Shown here in pieces: positions 45,860 through 54,698 of a DNA stretch of 64,000 bases (position 1 is the stretch's first letter; every line of letters starts with the position of its first letter). The notes under the pieces are model-generated. The model was given only the letters and a program-made list of their open reading frames with translations. It was not told the origin of the DNA and did not search any database. The DNA comes from Solirubrobacteraceae bacterium. GTDB taxonomy: Bacteria > Actinomycetota > Thermoleophilia > Solirubrobacterales > Solirubrobacteraceae. Location: contig DATGKS010000068.1 in assembly GCA_035294545.1 (NCBI GenBank), forward strand, positions 1,389 through 65,388, read 5' to 3'. Made by a program: the position numbers and the translations under genes.

Positions 45860-46489
45860 GTGAAGATCCAACTCGCATCCCTGTTTCGTGGCGACGACCG
45901 CGACCTGTTCGAGCTGTTCGAGCGGGCCGGCGCGAACATCCGTCGCTCCGCGGAGCTCCTCGTGGAGATGCTCGGCAACTTCCCGGACAGCCTCCACCTG
46001 GCGGGCGAGATCCGCGACTGCGAGCACGAGGGCGACCACATCACGCACGAGCTCATCGAGCGCATGAACAAGACGTTCGTCACCCCGATCGAACGCGAGG
46101 ACGTCCTGCTGCTCGCCTCCGCGCTCGACGACGTCGTCGACTACATCGAGGAGGTCGCGGATTTCCTCGGCCTGTACCGGATCGAGGCACCGATGGCGCA
46201 GGCCGAGCGGCTCGCCGGGATCCTCTGCCGCGCGACCGGCGAGCTCTCCCGGGCGCTGCTCCTGCTGCACGGGTTCAAGGACATCCGCCCGCACGTCGTC
46301 GAGATCCATCGGCTGGAGAACGAGGGAGACGCGATCGTCCGCGAGGCGATCACCTCGCTGTTCCAGCCGGGGATCGACCCGGTCGGTGTGATCCGCTGGA
46401 AGGACATCTTCGAGCGCCTCGAGCAGGCGATCGACTCGACCGAGCGCGCCGCCTACATCCTCGAAGGGATCCTCATCAAGAACGCATGA
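45860..46489 (+). CDS. DUF47 / PhoU-like (TIGR00153) Pit accessory protein
   Basis: 209 aa from GTG 45860. Contains EHEGDHITHELIERMNKTFVTPIEREDV and ENEGDAIVREAI. Confidence 0.85.
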   Translation: MKIQLASLFRGDDRDLFELFERAGANIRRSAELLVEMLGNFPDSLHLAGEIRDCEHEGDHITHELIERMNKTFVTPIEREDVLLLASALDDVVDYIEEVADFLGLYRIEAPMAQAERLAGILCRATGELSRALLLLHGFKDIRPHVVEIHRLENEGDAIVREAITSLFQPGIDPVGVIRWKDIFERLEQAIDSTERAAYILEGILIKNA

Positions 46490-47586
46490 GCGGCGACATC
46501 ATCCTCGTCATCGTCATCCTCACCGCGCTCGCGTTCGACCTCACCAACGGCTTTCACGACACGGCGAACGTCGTCGCCACCGCGATCTCGACGCACGCCC
46601 TCCCCGCGCGCGCCGCGGTGACGGTCGCCTCGCTGCTCAACTTCGCGGGCGCATTCATCTCGCTCAAGGTCGCGGACACCGTCGGCAAGGGCTTCGTCGA
46701 TACCCACGCGGTCACGACGACCGTCGTGTTCGCCGGCCTCGTCGGCGCGATCGCGTGGAACATCATCACGTGGTACTTCGGGCTGCCGTCGAGCAGCTCG
46801 CACGCGCTGATCGGCGGGCTCGTCGGCTCGACGGCCGCCGCCTCGGGGTTCGGCGCGGTCGACGGCGGCGGGCTGCTCGGCAACCTCATCGTCCCCGCGA
46901 TCGCGGCGCCCATCATCGCGTTCCTCACGGCGGGCGTGTCGATCCTGCTCGTCTACCGGATCGTCGGCCGCCTGCGGCCGGGGCCCACCAGTCGCGGCTT
47001 CCGGCTCGGACAGCTCGCCTCGAGCGGCCTGCTGTCGCTCTCCCACGGCACGAACGACGCGCAGAAGACGATGGGCGTGATCACGCTCGCGCTCGTCGCG
47101 CACGGATCGATCTCGGCCGCAGCGTTCCACGTCCCCGCGTGGGTCATCGTCGCCTCCGCGACGGCGATCGCGGTCGGCACCTTCAGCGGCGGCTGGCGGA
47201 TCATCCGCACGCTCGGCACGCGCATCGTCACGATGGACCCGGCGCAGGGGTTCGCCGCGCAGGGCGCGGGCGCCGCCGTGATCCTCGCCGCCTCCAGCGT
47301 CGGCTACCCCCTCTCCACGACGCATGTCATCTCCGGCGGCATCATGGGCGCCGGCGCCGGCAAGCGCGCGTCCGCGGTTCGCTGGGGGGTCGCCGGGAAC
47401 ATCGTCACCGGCTGGGTGCTCACGCTGCCGGCCGCCGCCCTGTTCGGCGCCGCGATCGACCTGCTGAGCGGGCTGTTCGGCCACGGCGCGGCCGGCCCGC
47501 TCGTGATCACGGTCCTGCTCCTCGCCGGCCTCGTCGTCGTCTTCGCCCGGCGCGCCCAGCAGGCCGCCGCCCCCGCCGCGCCGTGA
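46486..47586 (+). CDS. pit: Inorganic phosphate transporter, PiT family
   Basis: 366 aa. Contains NGFHDTANVVATAIST and a second GTNDAQKTMG repeat. 4-nt overlap with the DUF47 gene. Confidence 0.9.
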   Translation: MSGDIILVIVILTALAFDLTNGFHDTANVVATAISTHALPARAAVTVASLLNFAGAFISLKVADTVGKGFVDTHAVTTTVVFAGLVGAIAWNIITWYFGLPSSSSHALIGGLVGSTAAASGFGAVDGGGLLGNLIVPAIAAPIIAFLTAGVSILLVYRIVGRLRPGPTSRGFRLGQLASSGLLSLSHGTNDAQKTMGVITLALVAHGSISAAAFHVPAWVIVASATAIAVGTFSGGWRIIRTLGTRIVTMDPAQGFAAQGAGAAVILAASSVGYPLSTTHVISGGIMGAGAGKRASAVRWGVAGNIVTGWVLTLPAAALFGAAIDLLSGLFGHGAAGPLVITVLLLAGLVVVFARRAQQAAAPAAP

Positions 47587-47885
47587 TCCAGGCCGCGATC
47601 GACACCGCCTCCGTGGCCGCGATCGACACCCGCTCCGTGGCCGCGGGCCTCGCCGCGATCGACACGCATCTGCTGCTCCGCGTGTTCTACACGGCGCTGA
47701 TCGCGGGGGTCGCGGTGTCGGTCGTCTTCTCCCTCACCGTCTACGGCATGACGCGCTCAAGCGACATGCGCCGCGCGGACCGCCCGCTCGCGGCGACGGG
47801 CTACGCGGCACTCGGGATCGTCGGCCTCGCGCTCACGGCGGCGCTCATCGCCTACGGCCTCGTGCTCCTCGCCCACAAGAGCTGA
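47583..47885 (+). CDS. Hypothetical small membrane protein
   Basis: 100 aa from GTG 47583 (GTGA overlap with the pit stop). The N-terminus carries in-frame 24-bp repeats (AAIDTASV / AAIDTRSV / ...AAIDT), followed by two hydrophobic helices. Confidence 0.45.
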   Translation: MIQAAIDTASVAAIDTRSVAAGLAAIDTHLLLRVFYTALIAGVAVSVVFSLTVYGMTRSSDMRRADRPLAATGYAALGIVGLALTAALIAYGLVLLAHKS

Positions 47886-47950
47886 CCGCCCGGGGCCGGC
47901 ACGGTCCTCGCGGCCGGCGCCGGTTGGCGTGTGCCCGCGGCCGGAGGAGA

Positions 47951-48451
47951 ATGACGTCGATGCAGCCTGGAGCACGACGCCGCCGGCTCGATGAGACGCT
48001 TCGCGTCGCCTACAGCGAGGGCCTGCTCAGCGAGACCACGTTCGTCGCGCGGCTCGAGCGCGTCCTGAGTGCGAGAACGGTCGATCCCCCGGGTCTCGTC
48101 GGCGACCTCACGATCGGCGCGAGCCGCGGCCCCCGCGCGGCCGTTCACCGCCTGACCGCGCGGATCACGATGTGGCCCCGGCGCCGAACGGTGTCGCCGC
48201 TCGCGCTCGACTGGTCCGGAGCGGCGGCCGAGCGCCTGCTCGTCGGACGCGCACCCGAGTCGGACATCGAGTTGTGCGACGAGACCGTCTCCCGTCGTCA
48301 CGCCGAGCTCCTGTGGCGCAGCGGCACGTGGGTCGTCCATGATCTCGGCTCCCGCAACGGCACGATGCTCAACGGGCGCCGCGTTGAGCGGGCACAGCTG
48401 CGGCCTGGCGACTATCTCTCGTTCGCCCGGCACACCGTGCGTGTCGACTGA
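47951..48451 (+). CDS. DUF1707-FHA two-domain protein
   Basis: The N-terminus LRVAYSEGLLSETTFVARLERVL is DUF1707-like. The C-terminal FHA domain is LLVGRAPESDIELCDETVSRRHAELLWRSGTWVVHDLGSRNGTMLNGRRV. The start is ATG 47951 or 47960; the track ORF starts at 47924. Confidence 0.75.
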   Translation: MTSMQPGARRRRLDETLRVAYSEGLLSETTFVARLERVLSARTVDPPGLVGDLTIGASRGPRAAVHRLTARITMWPRRRTVSPLALDWSGAAAERLLVGRAPESDIELCDETVSRRHAELLWRSGTWVVHDLGSRNGTMLNGRRVERAQLRPGDYLSFARHTVRVD

Positions 48452-48654
48452 CGTGTCGCGACGGCCGCACCGGACGGTGGGCAAGCGCAGCGAACGCAAT
48501 CGGGCCCGGGCGACCCCGGCGGCGACGGATCCTGCGTCCTTGCCAGGCAACCCCCAAGTGGCGCCTCTTGGTGCCGGCGAACCAACTAAGCGCGACGCGA
48601 GCGTGCCGCCCGAGTCGTGGCCGTGGTCGATTCCCATCAGCGTCCGGACTTCCG

Positions 48655-48866
48655 GAGAGAACGCTGCTGTCAGCGTCGATTTTGAAGACTGGCACCAGCT
48701 CACGCGCCGGGGTGTCGGCGATCCGGAGTGGCGGCGGGCCAGGCCGGCGATCTTCACCCACATGCCCCGGCAGCTCGAGCGGATCTTCGGTGAGCCCCGA
48801 TGCGGCCGTCGCGAGGTGCCGGCCCCCGGATGCAGCGGCTTCCTGGTCCGCGCCTGGCGGACGTGA
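48655..48866 (+). pseudogene. Possible N-terminal remnant of a polysaccharide deacetylase gene
   Basis: The translation AVSVDFEDWHQLTRRG...MPRQLERIFGE resembles the very N-terminus of DUF3473-type polysaccharide deacetylases and then degenerates. There is no plausible start or full-length frame. Confidence 0.3.
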
Positions 48867-48868
48867 CG

Positions 48869-49531
48869 ATGTCGTGCCCCACGTCGCACATCGAGGTGGA
48901 GGCCCGACTGCTGGACGCGGCGCTGCCCCCGAACGCGTGCGTGCTCGACGCCGGCTGCGGACGGACGACACGGCTGACGGCCCATCGAGACCGGATCTCG
49001 CGGCTCGTCGGCATCGACCTCGACCGGACCGCGCTCGCCGAGAACCACGGCATCGACGAATCGGTCGTCGGTGACCTGTGCGAACCGCTGCCGTTCCCCG
49101 ACGCGACGTTCGACGCCGTGTACGCGAACTTCGTGATCGAGCATCTCGGCGCTCCCGGCCGGGCGTTCACCGAGTGGCGTCGGGTGCTCAAGCCGCGTGG
49201 CGCGCTGATCGCGCTCACCTCCAACTCGGCCAACCCGCTGGTCGCCGCGTCCGCGCTGCTCCCCGAGCGGGCGCGGGTGGCGATCAAGCGGGTGGGGGCC
49301 GGCGCCGTCGAACGTGACGTCATCCCGGCCCACTACCGCGCGAATCGTCTCGGCCGCCTCGACGACCTGCTGCGCCGCAGCGGGTTCGCGCCCGTCGACG
49401 TCGTGCACGCGGCCACGCTGCATCGCTACATGGCGCGGGCGCCCCGGATCGAGGCGGCGATCCGGACGATCGAGGGCTCCTTGCCGGCGCGGCTGGGCGC
49501 GACGATCGTCGCCTGGTACGCCGCGATCTGA
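48869..49531 (+). CDS. Class I SAM-dependent methyltransferase
   Basis: 220 aa from ATG 48869. Motif I is VLDAGCGRTT, followed by FDAVYANFVIEHL. Confidence 0.7.
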   Translation: MSCPTSHIEVEARLLDAALPPNACVLDAGCGRTTRLTAHRDRISRLVGIDLDRTALAENHGIDESVVGDLCEPLPFPDATFDAVYANFVIEHLGAPGRAFTEWRRVLKPRGALIALTSNSANPLVAASALLPERARVAIKRVGAGAVERDVIPAHYRANRLGRLDDLLRRSGFAPVDVVHAATLHRYMARAPRIEAAIRTIEGSLPARLGATIVAWYAAI

Positions 49532-49554
49532 CCGCCGCGAACCGCATCGCCAGG

Positions 49555-49667
49555 GCTCAGCGAGACCACGTTCGTGAGGCGCCTCGCCCGCGTCCGGAGC
49601 GCGGGGACGTTCGATCCCGCCGGGTCTCATCGGCGACCTCACGATCGGCGCGAGCCGCGGCCCCCGC
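49555..49667 (+). pseudogene. Frameshifted partial copy of the DUF1707 segment of the FHA gene
   Basis: 49555-49667 aligns by eye with 48025-48136 at roughly 85-90 percent identity. It carries one extra nucleotide (GATCCCGCCGGG versus GATCCCCCGGG) that breaks the frame. Confidence 0.6.
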
Positions 49668-50249
49668 CCGCCACGCTCCTCGTCCTGGGCGTCGCCGCCG
49701 GCGCCTGTCCGGATCCGGTCCACGTCGTGGTGGAGCGCGGTCACGGGATCCGCTGCCCCGGGGACCATCACCGGCTCGTCTCCGGATCGACTTCGACGTC
49801 GTCTGAGCGGCACGGTTCGACGCGTGCCGCAGGGTGCGCCGGCGCCTCCGTCACAGCCGGCGCGGCGTACGCTTCGGCCTGGAGATGCGCCATCGCGCTG
49901 CGTGGATCGCGACGGACCTGTACTGCATGGTGGTCGCCCGGGGCGGCGGCGTCCTTGCGGCGTCGTCGCCGTCCACGACCGGCGGCCCCGCGGCGGCGCG
50001 CTCCGACGGACCGGGCACACGCGTGCGCGCACGCGACGACGCGTTCGACGTGGGCTTCAGCCGGGACGGGCGATCGATCGCGCACCCGCGACAGACCGGC
50101 TGTCGCGGTACGGCGGTCCGCGCCGATGGCCCGGGTGGCATGATCGCGCTTGCCCACTCCAGGAGCCGCGACGTCAGCTGCGATGCCCCTCTCAGCTGGC
50201 CGGATGCAATCGCCTGGCGCCAGTCGCGTCCACACGGGCCGTCCTGAGC

Positions 50250-51455
50250 ATGGTGCGGCGCGTGCAGTGGGCCGCCGCCGGGCGGCGCCTGACCGTGTGG
50301 GGCGCCCGGGCGGCGCTGATCGTGTCCCTGAGCGGGTCGACGGCGGCCGCAGCCAGCCCGGCGACCGCAGCCAGCCCGGCGACCGCAGGTGGACCGGCGA
50401 CCGCAGGTGAACCGGCCGCCGCGGGCGGCCCCGCGCATGTCAGGGCGGCAGCGACGCCGCCCCCGCCCCGTGCCGCGGCCGCGGCGCGGACATCCGCCAC
50501 CGTCCTGCCGGCCACCGCGACCGCCGCGCAGACGGCCGCCACGGTCCCGCCGCTCGCGCCGGCTCCCGGCCAGCCGGATCCGAGGAGCCTGTGGGCGTCA
50601 CGGCCGATCCCGGCGGTCGTCGCCGCCGCCGACGCGGCGCGGGCGAACGCGCCGCTGCCCAGCCCGATCGTCTCCACGCCGCAGCCCGGCGGGATCCCCG
50701 CAAGCTGCGAGCCGCGCTTCGGAGGCGGCCTGATGCCGCACTCGCTGTGCCGGCTGGGCGATCCGACCGCCCGACGGGTGCTCGCCCTGGTCGGCGACTC
50801 CCACGCCGGGATGTGGGGGTCCGCGCTGATCGACGCGGCCGCCGCGCAGGGGTTCGCGCTCGTGCCTCTCGACAAGCCCGGGTGTCTGCTCTATGCCCTC
50901 AGCCACTTCTCGCTCGCCTGGCCGTGCGCGGGCTGGTACGGGTGGGCCCTGACCGAGGATCGAAAGCTGCACCCGGTCGCCACGATCGTCTCCTTCGACT
51001 TCACCGCCGGCATGCAGGCGCATCCCCGACGGACCGTACGCCGGCTGCGCGCCGTCCTCGAGCACGTCCGGCACGGCGTCCTGATCGTCGACCCTCCCGG
51101 ACAGACGCAGATCCCCTGGGCCTGTCTCGCAAGCCCCTCCGCGACGATGGGCACCTGCTCCTCGCACCTGCCTCCGACGTACGTGCCGCTGATGCGCGCG
51201 ATCGCGCGCTCCGCCCATGTCACCGGCTATCCGGCGATCCCGACGCTGCAGTGGTTCTGCGACCGCGGCATCTGCCCGATGGTCATCAACGACACGATGA
51301 CCCTCGTTGACCACAGCCACATGGCGAGCGCCTACAGCTCCGAACTCGGCCCGCTGCTCAGCGCCACCCTGCGCCCGACCCTCGCGGGCTTCGACCGCCA
51401 CCCGGTCGACCGGCGCGAGCGCCGGGCCGCACGCCGTCACGTCCCTCGCACCTGA
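50250..51455 (+). CDS. Secreted SGNH-hydrolase-domain protein (stand-alone form of the acyltransferase-3 C-terminal domain)
   Basis: 401 aa from ATG 50250. It has a signal-like N-terminus, an Ala/Pro repeat linker, then LALVGDSHAGMW...DKPGC...DHSHMASAY. Confidence 0.65.
   Translation: MVRRVQWAAAGRRLTVWGARAALIVSLSGSTAAAASPATAASPATAGGPATAGEPAAAGGPAHVRAAATPPPPRAAAAARTSATVLPATATAAQTAATVPPLAPAPGQPDPRSLWASRPIPAVVAAADAARANAPLPSPIVSTPQPGGIPASCEPRFGGGLMPHSLCRLGDPTARRVLALVGDSHAGMWGSALIDAAAAQGFALVPLDKPGCLLYALSHFSLAWPCAGWYGWALTEDRKLHPVATIVSFDFTAGMQAHPRRTVRRLRAVLEHVRHGVLIVDPPGQTQIPWACLASPSATMGTCSSHLPPTYVPLMRAIARSAHVTGYPAIPTLQWFCDRGICPMVINDTMTLVDHSHMASAYSSELGPLLSATLRPTLAGFDRHPVDRRERRAARRHVPRT
50349..50420 (+). 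repeat. 4 x 18-bp in-frame tandem repeat (GCAGCCAGCCCGGCGACC)
   Basis: Read directly. It encodes AASPAT AASPAT AGGPAT AGEPAA. Confidence 0.9.
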
Positions 51456-51569
51456 CCTCCCGCGGCCGAGTACGTTCTGGGGCCTGGTGGCGATCTTTTC
51501 GTACGCGCCTCCGCGGGTCGCGGCGATTCCCGGAGAGGAGGCCCGCGCGTCGGCGCGAAGAGGACCTCG

Positions 51570-51992
51570 ATGTATCCGGTGCGCGTCATGGCCGGCCTCG
51601 CCGCAGAGCTGCGCCGGGTGCTCGGAGCCGAGACGACGATCCACGGTCGGCTGCGCGACCGCCTCGTCGCGCTCGCGCTGACGACGATCGGCGTCGATCT
51701 CGCGTGCGCCGTCGTGGCATACCTGACCGAACCCGGCGAGCCTCAGTCGCAGATCAGGACGTTCGGGAGCGCGCTCTTCTGGACGACGACCCAGCTGTTA
51801 ACGGTCTCCTCCAACCTCAGCAACCCGATCTCGACCCCCGCCCGGATTCTCGACGTCTTCATGGAGATCTACGCGATCACCGTCATCGGCACCCTCGGCG
51901 GCACGTTCGGGGCGTTCCTGATCAGACGCGGGGAGCAGCTGGACGTGGCGCTCGGCGACGCACCGCCCGACCGGCGCGCCGCGCCGAAATGA
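51570..51992 (+). CDS. Two-TM ion-channel-like protein with a non-canonical pore loop
   Basis: 140 aa with a TM1 - pore helix - TM2 layout (FGSALFWTTTQLLTVSSNLSNPISTPARILDVFMEIYAITVIG). Lower GC than its neighbours. Confidence 0.55.
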   Translation: MYPVRVMAGLAAELRRVLGAETTIHGRLRDRLVALALTTIGVDLACAVVAYLTEPGEPQSQIRTFGSALFWTTTQLLTVSSNLSNPISTPARILDVFMEIYAITVIGTLGGTFGAFLIRRGEQLDVALGDAPPDRRAAPK

Positions 51993-52260
51993 CCGCGCCA
52001 CCGAGCCTGGCCACGAGAGCGACACCCTGCCGCCATACGCTCCGCGATCGCGATGCCGAGTTGCCCTCGAAGAGTGTCACCGCTCGCGCGAGGGCACGGC
52101 GAACGGCTCGGCTCAGCGCCTGACCGGTCGGCGACGCCGATCCACCCGCGGGACCGCGTTCAAGCCTGCCTCGGCCGGGATCTCGGACACGCCGGTTTGC
52201 CAAGCCTCGATCTGCGGTGACAGGCGCAGTCGGCGATCGCCGATAGCCAGGCCGGTCCCG

Positions 52261-53505
52261 CTACGACGCGAGGGTCTTTGCCAACCCGCGCCACGTCTCG
52301 ATCCGGCCTGTGACGCCCGCCTGGGTGAGGTAGACAAGATCGGGATCGGGGGCCGGGGACGCGTCCGAGTTGGTTCCGGCTTCGGCCTGCTCGATCAGCG
52401 CTTCGGCGATGTGGACCGCCGCGGTGGCATCGAATGGCAGCTTCAGCCACGTGTCGCTGTGGTGGCCGGCGATGGCCTCGGTGACGGTGTGCGGCAGACC
52501 CCACAGTGAGAGAAGGTGAGCGCCGATGTCTGCGTGGGTCACGCCGTGTCTCTCCCGTTCGACCTCGGCGATGGACCGGTGCTCGTTCGCCGCCCGGGCC
52601 AGGGTCGTCGCGAGGTCGTCCGGTGCGCGGGCGGCGAGGATGAGCAGTCCGATGTCGTGGAGCAGCCCGGCGGTGAACGCGTCCGCGGCCAGCCCGACCT
52701 CCTTCGAGATCGCCTGCGCGAGGCGAGCGACCCGCATGCAGTGGCGCTGGAGTTCATCAAGAGAGAAGCGGGGTATCGGGCTCTCGACCGGGAAGGCGCG
52801 AAACGCCTCGGCGTGGAGGAGCAGCGCGCGCAGCGTGTCCGTGCCGAGGTAGGCGACGGCGTCCGTGAGATTGGCTGTCGGCCGACGGCGGCCGAAGTAG
52901 GCGGAGTTGGCGAGCTGCAGAACCTTCGCGGCCATCGCGATGTCCTCACTGATCACCTCCGCGATCTCGGCGCCGCTGGCCCCTCCGCCCCGCAGCATCT
53001 CGCTGAGCCGCGCGTAGGCGCGAGGCAGAGACGGGAGCGCGGAGGCGCCGATGGTACGTGGGTCCATCTCAACGCGAGCGGCGACGTCCTGCAACGCACA
53101 GGAGCGTTCGAGGATGCGCGTGAGCTCATCCGTCCCGCAGGGCTTGGCGACGAGGCGATGTGCCGCGGCCGCCGCGCGGGAGACCATCGCCACATCAGCG
53201 TGGCCGGAGAGCACGATGCGGACGGTGGCCGGCGACATTTCGCGCGTGCGCTCCAGGACGCTTGCGCCGTCCAGCCCGGGCATGCGCAAGTCACAGACGA
53301 TCACGTCCTGCGGCTCGGAGGCGAGCACGGCCAGTGCGGCCTCGCCGCTGTTGACGAAGCTCATCTGCCAGCGGCGCCGGTAGGGTCTCAGCGCGTCACG
53401 CAGCCCCTCGAGCAGAGACTCGTCGTCGTCGACGAACAGGATCCGCTTCACGAAGGACGCGGCCGCCGTATCGGGCGACGGATCCCCGCAACCGGCGAGG
53501 CTCAT
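52261..53505 (-). CDS. Response regulator with an HDOD output domain
   Basis: 414 aa from ATG 53505. The receiver is ILFVDDDESLL...VIVCDLRMPGLDG. The HDOD region is VLQLANSAYFGRRRP...AGLLHDIGLLIL. Confidence 0.85.
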   Translation of the reverse strand: MSLAGCGDPSPDTAAASFVKRILFVDDDESLLEGLRDALRPYRRRWQMSFVNSGEAALAVLASEPQDVIVCDLRMPGLDGASVLERTREMSPATVRIVLSGHADVAMVSRAAAAAHRLVAKPCGTDELTRILERSCALQDVAARVEMDPRTIGASALPSLPRAYARLSEMLRGGGASGAEIAEVISEDIAMAAKVLQLANSAYFGRRRPTANLTDAVAYLGTDTLRALLLHAEAFRAFPVESPIPRFSLDELQRHCMRVARLAQAISKEVGLAADAFTAGLLHDIGLLILAARAPDDLATTLARAANEHRSIAEVERERHGVTHADIGAHLLSLWGLPHTVTEAIAGHHSDTWLKLPFDATAAVHIAEALIEQAEAGTNSDASPAPDPDLVYLTQAGVTGRIETWRGLAKTLAS

Positions 53506-54698
53506 CAAGCTGAGTCCGCGTCCATCACCAGCAACGGCTCGCGGACCGCGCCGCTCGCGAGGCTCTCCAGGCGCTCGATGAGAGGCGCGGTCACCTGCTG
53601 ACCCCGGGCGAGCAGGCAGCCACCGCCCGTCATGCGGGCATCGTCGGCCAGAACCATCCCCGCCCTCAGCTCCCGCACCCCGACCTCGCGGACCACCGAC
53701 TGAGTGGTCACGCCGACGAGCTGGCCCAGCTGCTCCAGCCACCGGCCGTCGTGGACGCGGCGGCCCCTCAGAATGGCAAGAGCGACCTCCGCCGAGCCCA
53801 CCCGGAACTCCAGCTCGAGGTACTCGAGTACGAGGTCGAGGAGTTCCACGCCGGGAGCGACCGGTGCAGAGGTACCGCATTCATCCTCCGCCTCATGCAG
53901 GGTGTCGACTGCATCGAGCAGCTGCACGACTCCCTCCAGGCGCGGGATCTTGCCGAGCAGGCGGCGGGTCACCCGCGGGACGCGTGCCGCCACGTCCGCT
54001 TCGGCGTCAGTCAGCGGCCGACGGTCCTGCATCTTCTCCGCGAGCTCCGGGGCAAGGGCGACCGTCCCGAGGTAGCGAAGCGTCGCAGCCGCCTCGACTT
54101 CCCACCAGTCGCGCAATCCCACAGCACGGCCGAGTTGCCCGGACAACTCGCCTGCACGCGCCATCTCGGCGGACAGGTCCGGATGGACGAGCGCCAGGAT
54201 CTCAGCGAATGCAGCCACGCAGCCGCGCAGGCTCTCCTGCAGCAGCGCCCGCTCGCCGGTCTGAAGCCGATGCTGCCCCATCGCCGCCACACACGCGCGC
54301 ATCAACTCCTCAGAGTCACACGGCTTGATCAGGAAGCGGAAGAGGTGCGCGTCATTGACGGCCCTGACCGCAGCGGGTACGTCCGCGTCCCCGGTCAGCA
54401 GGATGCGGACCGTGTCGGGGGCGGTCAGGCGTGCCATCCGCAACAACTCGGTTCCGCGCAGGCCCGGCATCCGCATATCGGACAGGATCACCGAGAAGCC
54501 GTCTGGCTGGCGCTTGAGGATCCCCAGCGCCTCAAGCGGATCGGAGGAGCTGACAACGGAGAATGAGCGCCCCAGAACGTCCGCGAGACCCTCGAGCACC
54601 GCGGGATCGTCATCCACACAGAGGATGCGTGGCCGCTCGTTCCCACCCCTGGTCCGAGATCGCAGCGCGCCGTTCGTCGTGGTGGCGAGCGGCGCCAT
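53505..54698 (-). CDS. Response regulator with a degenerate HD-GYP-like domain and a DUF3391-like C-terminus
   Basis: 397 aa. The receiver is ILCVDDDPAVL...VILSDMRMPGLRG. The middle region aligns to HD-GYP, but the HD position reads RY (ATLRYLGT) and the HHE/GYP motifs are absent. Confidence 0.75.
   Translation of the reverse strand: MAPLATTTNGALRSRTRGGNERPRILCVDDDPAVLEGLADVLGRSFSVVSSSDPLEALGILKRQPDGFSVILSDMRMPGLRGTELLRMARLTAPDTVRILLTGDADVPAAVRAVNDAHLFRFLIKPCDSEELMRACVAAMGQHRLQTGERALLQESLRGCVAAFAEILALVHPDLSAEMARAGELSGQLGRAVGLRDWWEVEAAATLRYLGTVALAPELAEKMQDRRPLTDAEADVAARVPRVTRRLLGKIPRLEGVVQLLDAVDTLHEAEDECGTSAPVAPGVELLDLVLEYLELEFRVGSAEVALAILRGRRVHDGRWLEQLGQLVGVTTQSVVREVGVRELRAGMVLADDARMTGGGCLLARGQQVTAPLIERLESLASGAVREPLLVMDADSA

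Noticed and set aside
47852-50032. A 726-aa minus-strand ORF
   Set aside because: It is antisense to the FHA and methyltransferase genes and to non-coding remnants. It is Arg/Pro/Gly-rich with no recognisable domain, whereas the plus-strand genes have clear motifs.
49668-50249. Several 130-190-aa ORFs on both strands in the gap before the SGNH gene
   Set aside because: All are Arg/Pro/Gly-rich, mutually overlapping, and without motifs or ribosome-binding sites. The region is treated as decayed or non-coding.
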